DNA of 64,000 nt. It comes from Octopus vulgaris. Its lineage: Eukaryota. Under the pieces are notes generated by a model, which did not search any database, was not told the origin of the DNA, and was given only the letters and a program-made list of their open reading frames with translations. Below, in pieces: positions 40,017 through 54,000 of this stretch. Within the stretch, counting starts at the first letter, position 1. Each line of letters opens with the position of its first letter. A program made the translations under genes and the position numbers. The stretch is taken from positions 38,006,001 to 38,070,000 of the forward strand of contig OX597821.1 in the NCBI GenBank assembly GCA_951406725.2, given 5' to 3'.

Positions 40017-41548
40017 GAAGAAGAAGAAGAAGAAGAAGCAGAATATTAGTCTGGCGTCATAAAAACTGGATGTTGAAACGCACGAAGAAGGCCGGAGGTC
40101 ACTAAAATTGAAAATTGTGTATCTAAAGAAAAATTTAAACAAGAAAAGAGAAATGACAAAGAAAAGAAAATGTACGGTGAGTTTACGAGAGATGTGAACT
40201 CCAAAACAGATACAGAGGATCGGTGGTTATGGATGTGGAGGATTGAATTGAAGATAGACAGCAGAATCATTCACATGCGCAGCTCAGGACCAATCGTTAA
40301 AGACGAACTATATGAAGTGCAGAAAGTTATTGTTTAACAGGGGTTGTGAGGAACTGGGTAGGAAAACACCCTTGCTTACATGCACAAACTATATATACAT
40401 ACATGTGTACATATATATGTACGCAATTTTCTAGAACTGAGTTTAAAAGAGTAATTTTTCAATTAATTTCTGTATAAGTGGTAAAACCAATATTCTTTAT
40501 AGAAATGTTCCTGGTCAAATCAGTTTTCCGTTGTTTCTGAATAATTCCACTTTATTATCATACTAATGGACATTTGGAAATTGCCCATTTTCATTTCGTT
40601 TTCTTTCCACTTTTGATTCAAATAACATTTGTTTTCAAAGTAATTTTATTTTCTACATTTTTTTAAAATTTCATGTTTTATTTGTATTTTTATATTGACA
40701 AAACAACTTCATTTTTCAATTTATATTTTTGATTCCATTTAAGTTCACTTTTAAGTTTCAATTTTTTCATTATATTTTTCATAATTTTTCCTCTCCGTTC
40801 ATCTTTGTTTCCGTAATAAATTTAATATAAAATCTATATTTCATTATTACATGATCTATTTTGCTAGAGTTAAAATTCTTTGTGTCAAATGAAACGAACA
40901 TTTTTTGTTTCACATTTCATTGACTGCACAACAAAAGTAATAATATTTTCTTTGGAAAAGGCAGGAAGTTAATGTGTGGAGGAGTGGAAGAGATTCATTG
41001 ATGACAGACTGTTACTATTAAACACTTCTGTCAAGATTGGAAAAAGAGGCAAAATCGAACTTTTGTACACACAATGTAAAGCCATAATGCAAGACAGTGT
41101 GGCATTTTGCCATTTCTCTGACCAGGCTGTACTACATATATTTCCGCCACCGTAATGATTTTTAACATTAACCCAAGACCAACGTATTTTTGAGAAATTC
41201 TAAGGTCAATCAACAGAACTCTGATGCTTTACTACATAATCTTTCCACGTTTTAATACAGAATGCAAAATAACTAAATATCTTAAGGAACATCGTTCCAT
41301 AACTTTCAAATCAGAAATGTACAATCAGAAATGCAAACGTGTTGACCGACATGGCAAAGCGCATTTTCTATTCACTGCGAAAACCATTTTCAGTTTAACT
41401 GCGTTGACGATCCTCACTGAGTAACATTAAACATCGAAGCATCCTACTTTCCTTCTCCAAAAATAGTTAGTAGAACTCAATATTAAGAACACAGAACATT
41501 GTTGACATTATTATATAAAAAAATACATTTTTGCTCTTTTTATTTCAG

Positions 41549-41591
41549 GCTATCCAAAAGTCCTTTGCCAAAACAACAGCTCCTCTGAACA
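41549..41591 (+). CDS. Exon 12: short 43-nt exon (end of FN3 #5 / stalk)
   Basis: ttttatttcag acceptor. AIQKSFAKTTAPLN. gtatgt donor. Phase 0 to 1 is exactly what is needed to join exon 11 to the TM exon. Confidence 0.8.
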
Positions 41592-42296
41592 GTATGTACT
41601 TCGAAACCTTTATTTCCTTTTATTTTATTGATTTATTTATTGTTGTCACCTGAATATCATATCGATTCAAATTCGCAATTACTGTTAAGTAGAACGTTTA
41701 TTACTGTTTACACTGCATTAAATTGTTATCATGTAAATGATGAAGACATTTACCTTATTGTTCTTATGGCTAATATAACTCTCTTTGAATCAATCAAGGA
41801 TTTGAAAGTGGAAAACTACATCACTGAATTGTGAACAATTTCTGAGAAATTGGTCATGTATTTAATATCATGGAGCGTATAAAGACTTACCTACCTTAAC
41901 GGAGACAATGTTTATCTAAGAAAAAAAACTGCCCAGTTGAGGAAAACACTCCAAAATAACGACACAGTTGCTAAATATATGGATGAACAGAGTTACTACT
42001 TTTGTAGGTCTCAAGTGTATATCCCTTTGTTCCTGCATCAGATGATGGAGTGCATTAAATTAAGGATGGGTAGCCCAAGACAGATAACTGTCGGCCAAAC
42101 GATAAAATATCCAGTTTCTAATGCATGTGCATGTGTGTGTGTGTGTGTGTGCGCCTGCGAACCTAGAAAACAGCTATTCTTACAAACAAGCATTCAGGCC
42201 GTGAATGTATTTAATCTTTTTATTTCAATATTACCATATTATCTTTCATACTATGAGACTGAGATCTTATAATGTCAAGAGATGAAGTGATTTCGG

Positions 42297-42299
<3 letters not shown>

Positions 42300-42376
<77 letters not shown>

Positions 42377-42471
42377 ATGTATGTATGTATGTATGTATGT
42401 ATGTATGTATGTGTGTATATATGTATGTATGTATGTATGTTTGTATGTATGTATGTATGTATGTACGTGTA

Positions 42472-42508
<37 letters not shown>

Positions 42509-42515
42509 ATGTATG
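42300..42515. repeat. (TA)n(TG)n(TATG)n compound microsatellite
   Basis: Direct reading. Confidence 0.97.
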
Positions 42516-42691
42516 TTCGTTCTGAAAATGTACCATGCCCACAACATAGAGCGCACTTCATATTCAAGGCTCTGATAAAGCTACTGGATGTTATCCAGGT
42601 ACTCAACTAAGAGTCCACGTCCTATAGCAGAAACAGCCGTAAGATAATGAAGTTCATTACATAACATTTGTTTTTCCACTGTCATATCTGT

Positions 42692-42751
<60 letters not shown>

Positions 42752-42842
42752 CTGCGATGGTTTTGATGAGCAGCATCGATTTTTATAGATCTGTAAATTC
42801 TGTAAATTATAATAGTATTTTGCAAGCTTAAAGCTGATAAAA

Positions 42843-42923
<81 letters not shown>

Positions 42924-44162
42924 CATTTATATTCAAACATACACACACACCTATATATAAGGGTTATATATGTGTATATTATGTATACATATATACACAC
43001 ACGCACATATACATACTTACACAAATGCATACACATATGCATGTATATATATATATGTATATATGTATATATATGTATATATATTTATTTGGGAATTTAT
43101 TGAGAGTCCATAGAAGTTTGTAAAATCCAAAATCTTCTGTTTCTAGCTACCATGGTTAAAACAATAGAAAGGTTAAAACATTTAATCTGATCTTCAAATC
43201 ACAAATCTGGCTTTGGTCTTAAAGCTTTCTGTATTACGACATGTTGTCGAATTCATGAGAGGACAGCTACATGTGATTACAAACATGTGTACTGGATCGT
43301 TGTATTTTATTGAGAAAGAATATAGAGAATTTAAAATTTAACATAGATTGTCATTTTACTGCTTTAAAATTAAACTAGACTTTACACAGAACGAATTTAT
43401 TCATATCTAAAAATATAGAATGTATTTACATAATAAAGTAAATCATGCAACGTGAATAAACGAAAACTATGCTAGAAAATAAATAAAAGTATACTACGAA
43501 ATCGATTTAATTTGAATTCCTAACTTTATAAAAGCAGTAAAACTTGTGCATATAATTAGTATAAAACAATAACCTACACACAAATCAATAACTTTAATAT
43601 CAATGTATTATTTTTTTCGACAAATTTTAAATAAAAATTCGAATATTTTCAGGCCCCTGCAAAAATTTTTCTAATCCTAATAAAATTGTTTTTCTACGAG
43701 AACAATTTTTACAATTTGTAGAAATTTATCGGGCTATTAAAATGCTTTTTGAACCCTATAAAAATCTTGAATTGCTTAAACAATTTTCTACTCCTACTAA
43801 AATTGTCTTTTTGCCCCCATCCCTCAAAATATTTGCACCCACTAAAAATGTTATGCATCTCTTACAAATTTGGTGCCCCTTAAAAAATTATCGACCTTTT
43901 AAAAAGATTCTCTACTCTATCAAAATAGAAAAACTACATGGTCAATAAAAATCATTAAATTATCAGAACAATATTACCAGGTAGCATACCAAATTTCACA
44001 TCGGTATCCTGAATAATTTGAAGAATTTTCTTTAAATTTTAAGAGGAGAGGCAATTATGTTGGCTCCAACAGACAGAAATGATTTTTTTTCTGAATCTAG
44101 CATTAGTTTTTGAGCAAAAATGCACGTGAGCATGATCGCAGCAGACATAAACATGCAATTAC

Positions 44163-44253
<91 letters not shown>

Positions 44254-45055
44254 ATACATATATATATATATCGACACCTTACAATTTTACCTACTCTAAG
44301 TTTGGTATTTAGTCCCTGGGAGTGCACAATGACTCAACTGTAAGGGGGTGGTGCATGGATTTATATATAAATACAATTTTAAAAATCTGTAGAACCTCAA
44401 ATATGCCTCATCACAAATTACCTCCTTGTCCATCAAAGTGTTTCGGTGACTAATCATTGTCGTAGCCGCTGTTGAACTAAAGTGTGTCACTTATTAACAC
44501 AGGCGACACTTGTTAACACCAGTAGAGCCTGGTATATAAATTGGCAAAAAACGACGATTGGAACGAAGTGGTCAGTTTATGCATCTTTATGTTTAAGGTT
44601 TTGTAATAGTTTGTGGTATCTTGGTAGTATCAAAATTTGCTTTTGAACATGAAAACTATTATAGATATATAATTGTTCTGTTTTTTTAAAGCTGTTATTA
44701 TTGTTTTTAAACTTATGCTAGAATAGCTCAAAAGTGGGACACAGACCACAGATTTTAATTTATACTTTTACCTTACATATTTTAAAATTTGTGATTGTAC
44801 ACTGGGGATATTCTTTAGATTTTTTATTTTAAGTGCTTATACATTGAATATAGCCAAATAGTTAGCTTTAAAACATAAGCAGACACTCTGCTAACATATA
44901 TGATCTACTATATGTGAACATAGGAGAAAACTTTGCTACTTAATGGCATTATTAAAAAACACTAATAAAACAAAATATATAGCATCGTCGGAAGTATATA
45001 TGTATATATATACACGTCATATACGTATAAAATCTGTGGCTCATCATATACATAC

Positions 45056-45137
<82 letters not shown>

Positions 45138-47413
45138 GAACATATATATATATATATATATACCATTATGCTACAAATTCATATAATATCTAACATAGAT
45201 GTCTGTATTTATGCTGTTGATATTTTACCGTAGACATCAGTTTAAATGGCATCTACTTATGAAATATCACAGGACTTCTATAAAACTTTATTTAAACAGT
45301 TAACGTTGATCTGCTATGAGAGAGAGATTATTAAACTTCATGCGTCTGTGTTTTTATGAAAAAAGCTGATCTATGTTACTTTTATATACGACAATCAGGG
45401 TTATTCTAAATTTACAGAGTGTATTTTGGCCACTCATTCGTCAAGTCAGGCGGAATGTTATATGAAAATAAATTTACGAATTCTATTTTATCCAAAATCT
45501 TGTAAAGGAATGCCTTTCAACGGAACACTAATTTTTCGTTAAAAAATGTTGGGAAAGAGAGACACACAGCATGAAACATTGGCTTTAAATAGTTTCCTGT
45601 TGTTTACTAATTCACTTTTATGCTATTCTGCATGAAATGTCTTCACACCTCAAGTGTAGAAGAAATTATAGAACATACACATATACACACACAGACACGT
45701 ACTCGCGCGCACACACAGTGTCTCTGTGTGTATCTATATGTATAACAGCATTGCGGCTCGTCTCTGTATGCATTAGGAGGAAAAGAGTCTTATCTTCAGC
45801 CGATTCTTCTGCTTCCCATATTTCTGTGCTTGCATTAAATTGATATATCATATGTCTGTGATTGCTCGTCCCACAGAAGAAAGCTGAGACGTCGTCACGG
45901 CATTTTGTTGTGACAGGATAACTGTTGTTGGTAAAGGTAGCTAGTAACAGTGGGTGATGTGGTGTGTCACAGCAGCAGTCGTAGTAGGTGTCCTACTACG
46001 TAGTTATTGTTGTGTGGAAAAGGTCACTGGACAATAACTGAACTTTAAGATAAGCCATTTCGAGTTTTGCTTTATTCAAGAAGTAAATCATTAAGTAAAT
46101 AAATATATATAGGGTAAGTTGTATTCAGCTGTGAGGTGTGGTGAAATATGTTATAGTAATGTGGGGAATGTGTGTAAGAAAGGGGTGAATAAATGAGGCA
46201 CAATAGAATAATTTGATGTGGGTGTAAAAAGGAGCATTGGAAAAAGTCATTGGACAGTAGCTGAGCTTTAGTAGGCCACGAGAGTATGGCATACCTCAAA
46301 AATATACAGACATAATTCAAATTTTGCATTAGAAGCAGCTCTGTAATGTAATAATTATCAATGTCATACATAATATACGTGTGTTGTGAAATGCTTTTAG
46401 GCTGCGATTTTTCATACGAAGAAAATCCTTTTAAAGAGGTGGAGTGTTAAAAAGCACAGTGTATTTCGAAACCAGGCAAAACGAAGCGCCCTGAAATGAA
46501 CGAGACCGACAGATATCGATATTTCGCAGTTGTTTCTGCTTATCGTGGTATAAAAATATATTTTGAATTTGATATATCTTTTGACACGGTCCAAAAATTA
46601 ATATTTACATATCTTTGCTCAGATCGATATTTCTTTATGGGTAAGGACCTCGGCATAGCAGCACTATATCTGACACTAAGTTCTTATATTGTAAGAAGCA
46701 GGTTTCAAGACCATGTGGCTTACGGCCCATGAGAACAAAAGGATTTTCTGTGCATATTTCTGCGTGGGTGCGTGTGTGTAAAAATATATTTGAATGTGAG
46801 ATGGAAGAAAAAAATGATATCAAAGTGAATCGCGCATTTTAATCAAATAGTTTACCTTATCATTTCAAAATCTCCTGTATAGATTTATAATTCTGCTAAA
46901 CTAGATTCAAGTTATTATTTGTTTTTCCTTCAAGAAACGTTTATGAACGTCTCATTGCTAAGTGAAGTCAATATACAAAAATAAAAGAAATATTGGTTGA
47001 GATATGACAAATATGATTCCATTGAACTCCACCCATCCTTTCAAATGATATATTTATGCAATGTGTATTATAAAAACTTTCGTATTTCATTCATATTTTT
47101 TCTCTTGTATGTATAATTTTGAACGACACAATGAAACAAAATATATAAATTCCAAATATTTGAAATGTTGCGAAACTGCTAAAATGATTTTGACCAAACA
47201 AGAAGAAAGGAGATAATGAAATTTTAGAAAGATTGGTAAAATATCATTATCATAATTTCTTTTATTCTCTGCAAAGATATTGTAAAAAGGAAATATGTTC
47301 ACAGATAATTGTATTACATTTCTATTAATGTTTTCATTTTCTACTCGTTCTATTTTATAGACTGAGAATGGAAATATTTTTTTTTCATTTCTGTTCTTTT
47401 ATTTTTGTTCCAG

Positions 47414-47525
47414 TGCGAAGAGTCGATTCTGTGTCTCCAAGCAGTCATATATCAGTTATTATTGGTGTCATCGTCGTATTCGTTTTCCTCATCATTACTT
47501 TCGCCATTTTACTTATGATATGGAG
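47414..47525 (+). CDS. Exon 13: transmembrane helix
   Basis: tttgttccag acceptor. MRRVDSVSPSSH-ISVIIGVIVVFVFLIITFAILLMIW-R. gtaaga donor, phase 1 to 2. Confidence 0.93.
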
Positions 47526-49583
47526 GTAAGATATTCCAGCTTATTGGCAATTTATATATTTTATGCATTTAGGCTTAGATTTATTATTCTGAGCTAATAC
47601 TCTGTTAGCCAAATATTGGAAACTTGGACTCTGTGTATGTGCCTGCGTTCCAAAAATTAAAGCAAAATTTAGGCACTATTTTCAGGACACTGCCATTTCA
47701 GAAATCACAGTGAGTTAAATCCCTTTTCTAAGTAATTCATATGCTAAGAGCGATAATATATCAGATAACTGCAGCTGTCAGTAGGTTTACGTTATTGTCA
47801 AAGTATCCACTGCTGGTGGTAAATTACTTCAGTGCTCCAAGCAGCAGATTCTAGTCTGGAATTTATTATTTCATTGGCTTTCAATACTTCGGTGTTTCTC
47901 ATGAGATAAGTTAGTTGCCGTTGACAAATTTCTCATCAAGGGTGAAATGCATTTCACATCTGCTAAAGAAATCTGACCACGAGCAATAAAGAGTTTTGAG
48001 GTACGGAATGGTCGAACGTTTTACATAATGTTTCCAGGAATAAAGTTTAGATCAGGATGGGGTATATTTTTGTAACTTCAGTTAAATATTGATCGCTATA
48101 ATTCGAGCCATGACACTAAAATTATAGTTTGACTAATACTGTAGACATCATTTATTAAACACAGAAAATTGCAAATATTACATTGAGAAAATTCAAGAGG
48201 GACATTAATCGAAAGAAATGTAAATATTCCAATTGACCAAGTGGGAATGGTGTCAAAACTGTTACAAACTTTTAGCAAAACGTTATCGTGTTAATATACT
48301 TGTTATATTGTGACATACCAGAAATACTTGAAGGGCCGTGTGTGACTGGAGTGCCTCTGGTTCCCCATGCAAGAACAAAGTACATTCAGAGAATCTTTGT
48401 TTTTATATATTACTGACAGAGGCAGTATTAAGACTGAGAGGTGATATTTATCCCCATTTAAATATGAATGTTCTGTTTGAAGAAACTATACTGCAAGAGA
48501 TACCATGAATGAGATCCTCATATTGGATTTTGGTGCAAAATGCACTCTTATTTCTATTGCTAGCGGGGAGATAAAACCTAACCATCTCTAGCGCTGAGAC
48601 CACCACATTGCGTGATTCCCACCTTCCTTGGTCTCACCAATGATGGACGATCGAGTGATAGAGTTAGCAGCGACTCGGCTCCCCGACAGCGATAGATTGG
48701 AAAACATTAGTATTTACACGTATGTTATTTTAACGGGAGCCTCAACTTTGGTAGGAGTACAATTTTTGTCAAATTTAAAGTAATACAAAATATAGTAGAA
48801 AAAAATGTTCATATTGTATTTGAAGATGTTAGAAAATTTTTGAACAAATTCTTCTGCATAGAGTGAAATATTTGAGATAATTTTCACAATTCTTTTGCAT
48901 TAATGAGGATACACTAAATAATTTCTCTCCTTGAAATATTTTAGTCGCAATATGTCGAGAAAATCCTTGCTGTCTACACTTGCAGGCACGCTTAGATGAA
49001 ATGGTGGAACCCGTTATATTTTTTCTAATCTTGTGCGTTAAGTTCGAACTTATCATCACCGAAAACCTTTAATCTCACTAAAATGTTCTTAACAAATGCC
49101 ACTACTCTGATTATACAAGGGTGTGTCACATGATATATCCTATTCCATTTTTTCGTATCATACGAAATTTAAAACAATCCCTTTCACCATTCCTTTATAC
49201 CATTCGTTAAGTACATTTATTAAAAATACTGCAGTAGTAGTAGTTCGTAGTAGTAGTAGCATTGTGTCATGCTTTGCAACAGTGCGGCACTGAATCCACC
49301 ATTTATTGGTGATTCCCTACTCCTGGTGGATGACATCTTTGAACTATAAACAACTCAGGCAATAACCCTCCAATCTATGGATTTATTTGGGTTGTCTTCG
49401 CTGCTGATGGTTTTCCACGGTCTAAAAAGAAATCCTACCTCAATCTCTGTCAGTCACCTTTTTACAATACTCAGAGGAAATTTCGGGTCTATTTTTGACT
49501 TGCCGGTCCTCACAGAGCACAAGTATATTGTAATTAAAATTAATATGTAATTAAAACTAACATGATTTTAATTCCGATTTCAG

Positions 49584-49684
49584 GCGAAAGCATCTGACGG
49601 CGGAGCGCGAAAAGGCGGATATGCCGTCTTTTGGACCGACTATCTTACCGGAGCCAGATACATCTCCACCGTCTACGCCCATTG
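49584..49684 (+). CDS. Exon 14: cytoplasmic juxtamembrane segment
   Basis: atttcag acceptor. RRKHLTAEREKADMPSFGPTILPEPDTSPPSTPI begins with a basic stop-transfer sequence. gtaaga donor, phase 2 to 1. I could not identify any later exon in the window. Confidence 0.9.
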
Positions 49685-49782
49685 GTAAGAACGTACAAGC
49701 AATATTTTCCAGTATGTATGCCTGCTATTTATTTCATTTCCTTCAGTTACGAATACAGTCATTAGTTTTATTTTCAGTTTAG

Positions 49783-49783
49783 C

Positions 49784-49850
<67 letters not shown>

Positions 49851-49879
49851 GCTGTTGTAGTTATTGTTGTTATTGTTGC

Positions 49880-49954
<75 letters not shown>
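49783..49954. repeat. (TTA)n microsatellites (also 42845-42925)
   Basis: Direct reading. Confidence 0.97.
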
Positions 49955-49955
<1 letters not shown>

Positions 49956-50265
49956 CTGCTATGCCGATGTTTGTAATGTGCCACACATGCATGCTATTTT
50001 GAATGCTTTCTAGAAAAAGTAAATCACTCTCACTAAGAACATTCCATTCACAGGAAACGCCATACAACAGCAGATAATAATGCAAATATAAGTTTTATTT
50101 CTCTTTCTAAGTTGTTTGTTCTTTTTCAATAGGCTGTAGCATCTCTTCTGATAATTATGAAGGAAAACTGAATAGTGTTTTGTGGGTAGAATGGAGGTAC
50201 TCTTAGGTTGGCTCTTTAAAGTAAAATTATCAGGAAATATATATATGCGTGTGTGTGCGTGTAAG

Positions 50266-50321
<56 letters not shown>

Positions 50322-50440
50322 TTCATTTATATATGTATATGTATACACATGTATCTATATGTGTCTATATACACAAATATATACATATATTCATTTATAT
50401 ATGTATATGTATACACAAGTATCTATATGCGTCTATATAC

Positions 50441-50485
<45 letters not shown>

Positions 50486-51050
50486 TACATATATTCATTT
50501 ATATATGTATATGTATACATAAGTATCTATATGTGTCTATATACACAAATATATACATATATGCACGTGTATGTTGTTTATGTGCATTACTTTGAGCGTA
50601 TATGTGCGTGTGTGTTCGTTTGTATGTGTGTTTGTTTGCTTGTGTGTATGTGTGTGTATTGTGCTTACACGCGCGAGTTACATTCGAGAAGTGAAAGTTT
50701 TGGTCATAAAATATCTGGGTTAAAAGGATTTCTCAATGAGATAGAAACGAATAAAGAGGAAAAAGTTTGAAGTTTTGACTGAAGTAGTTTTTGTTTGAAA
50801 CACAAATTGTGGATAAGTAAGTGGTGTATAGATTGGAGTTTATTGTGAGAAAGTGAGTAGCACGGGGATCATTTGAGGGATTAAGGGGTTGTTATTTATT
50901 GGGAAGGATGTGTATGGGATTTTGCGCGAAGTGGGTAGGTGGTTCTAAAACAGAAAACGAAATCTACAACGTGGCGTAAGCACTGCACATCTATATGTAC
51001 AGGTTTTAGGAAAGCAAGGAAGCACAAAAATGCACGTATAAACACAAATC

Positions 51051-51081
<31 letters not shown>

Positions 51082-54000
51082 ACTCTCACACACGCACACA
51101 AATGCTCAGGGACCAGTATATCCACACAAATGCTCAGGGACCAGTATATCCACGCACATTAACACACATTAGACATACGAAATTATATGGATATATTCCA
51201 GGAGAGGAATTTAGAAGGAACGGTCTCTATAAGTAGAGGGACTTGATGAGGAAACGGAGATATGAGTTACTTCAGGGTCAGTTCAAGAAATATTTAAGCA
51301 ATGAAAAGGCGGTTTTTCACCATTTCAAATGTTTTTAATATCATAAACCCCAGTAAGATTCAATAGCCTGATTAAGAGAACATATTTATTGGTTGAATAA
51401 CAAAGTGGCTTTAAACGTTTCTGCCAATGGCACCGTGGCAAGTGATTTACTAGAGAGAGTGGTCATCGAAAATTATGAAATGGGGGGGCTGGGAATTGAA
51501 ATTAATTGATAATTTATTTACGTAGATTTACTGGAAACATTTATGAAATAAGAATGTGAAGCTGATTATTCTTAATTTTATCAACATCAGAAATAACCAG
51601 AGCAGGGTTAGATGTGGGGAGCGTAGTGATTAATAATAATACGTTTGTGTTAACTAAACTTATTCTTTGGGTCGAACGAACAACGAGGGATACAACTCTG
51701 AATGTTTATGGCTATTACTCTTCAGATTTGTTTGTTGAAATGTTCATAACAATCAGCGAGTGTTGCTGGGAAGTGAGTGTGATAATTGAATTATGAAGAG
51801 AGACATTGATGACACATTTAAGTAATAAACCGTACATTTCACTGATTCCGTCGAGTGTCCCCGGCAAATCATTGCTTGCTGGTCATAGCAAATGTTTCTG
51901 TAATGGTTTGCATAAACAAAAGAAAGTCGTTCATTGTTTGCTTAGATAGCATGGTTGGTAGTTTGTTGGTAGAGAAGGCTGAGTTAAAATATTTTAGTTT
52001 TTATTTTATGAGATGTTGTACCCCAGAGATAAGAAATATATCACATCAATTCGTTTTCGATGTTACTAAAAAAACAAAATTTGACTAAAATGATTTAAAA
52101 AAATAAAACTAGCAATCGAATGTGTCTACTTGATCAAATCACGTTTACATCGAAACTTACAGCGCAACTAATTTCTTTAGGCCTCTCATAATTTGGGATT
52201 TCATACAATAGTTTCATATCGATATTAGTGAAGGGAAACGACAATTTTCAGTTTCAAAACTCAGAATAGTGTTGTGTTTTGTCATATTTCAAACATCTAA
52301 TTTCAAATCCCAACGAAGTGAAACTACTTCCCATCCTTATGGGGTAGATAAAATAAAGTAAAAGTCAAGCGTGTCGGATTGGCACTAGGTATTAAATTGT
52401 CGGACAGAATTATGCCTTGCGGTATTTTTTCCATCCTTTTGTATTCTGAATCTTGCGGGACTTCATTGGATGATAGACTTCGTTACCTGGCCCTAATCTA
52501 TCATTAGCGGAAGCATTCACTCTATTTGAAACAGTGAGATCTCTCATCAACTTGAGGTCCCTTCTTTCTTCACCCCTTCCCATCAATAATAAGGTCTCTG
52601 AAAAAGTTAAGGATACATCCTTTACTCTTGTCTATCATTCTTGTCTACGATTACGCACACCTACAGTCTTGTAATATGGCAATAACTGATAATTTAATAT
52701 CTGATAAAATTTAATATAGAAAACAGAATTAACTCTGCTAATATTTCATATCCTACTATAAATAGTCGAATGTCAATAACTGGGAAATACAGACTCCAAA
52801 TTAAGCCATGTCATCATTTCTGCTAAACAGATTAATTATTTGTATATTTGCATTTTGCTGACATATCACAAAAATAGACAACACTATAAAAATATGTTTG
52901 CAAAATTATAACAATAAATAATGTTTTAAAACGGAATTGTATGCAAATATAACAAATTAGTCATTAATTTTATGTTAACGTATTTGACTTTATATTTTGA
53001 TGATAAATCGATTGATTCAAAAGCTCATCATTTATGTTGATGCGTTAATCATATGTAAATTATATGCTGTAAGATTTTATTGGCACGAGAAATATAATTC
53101 CTTAATAACATAGATTGAATGAGGCATGAATTGCTTTAGTTTCTCTTTCATATAAAACAGAATTGGTTTAAAATATCGTTGCTAAACATACATTCACGAT
53201 AATTTAAATCACCTTAGATGAAGCTTCTCTCTATTTGCGAGTTCTGACTACCTCAGACTCATGTTTGATGATACAGCGACTGGTCGTTACGGAACAGGTC
53301 GATTTGCACTAATTTTAGATCTGTTTCCTATGCGTGGGCTCCCCACCGATCACATTTATATTCAATTAGTCATTGCACTGATCATAAAAGACTTTACCAT
53401 GTCGTCTTAGTTAAACTAACATAATTTGTGTGGCTAGACTTTTTCCTTGTATTCCATTCTCGGAAAATCCTTAAAACTCTGCCTGGAAGCTTCTATCCTG
53501 ATTAATTTAAGGTTAAAGAGAAAACGTAATTTGCCGAACCTTTATCAGATTCAATTTGGAATTCTCTAATGGTTAGAGACGCTCTGAAGAGCTTCTGCTG
53601 TTTAAAGGGGTTAAATGAATCTACATGATATCGACTGTCATCACCGTTGCTTAGCATTCTCTTCAAATTTCAATAACGTTTATTTCCTCAGAAAGGAATT
53701 ACAGACTCATTTACAATTTATGGCCATCCATATATGGAGTTCTTAGGTTATTCTTTACTTTGATATTTAATTCGTATAACTCATTAACTTAGAAGAATCG
53801 TGGGTAATTTTACGATACGCGATTCTTTCAATCAGTAAAACCTAATAACTTCACAAAATTAATTCAAATGAAATAACCAAGTTAAATAACATCACATATT
53901 ATGAGGCCATCAGAGAGATTTTGTTGCTCGACTTACAAGAAATGGTAGCCAAATCACCCTCAAATCACAACCCACCGTCTTCTGTAAGGAAATACTAAAC

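Noticed and set aside
51097-51153. 28-bp direct duplication (also an 18-bp one at 4956-4996)
   Set aside because: Ordinary local slippage duplications with only two copies; not a spacer array.
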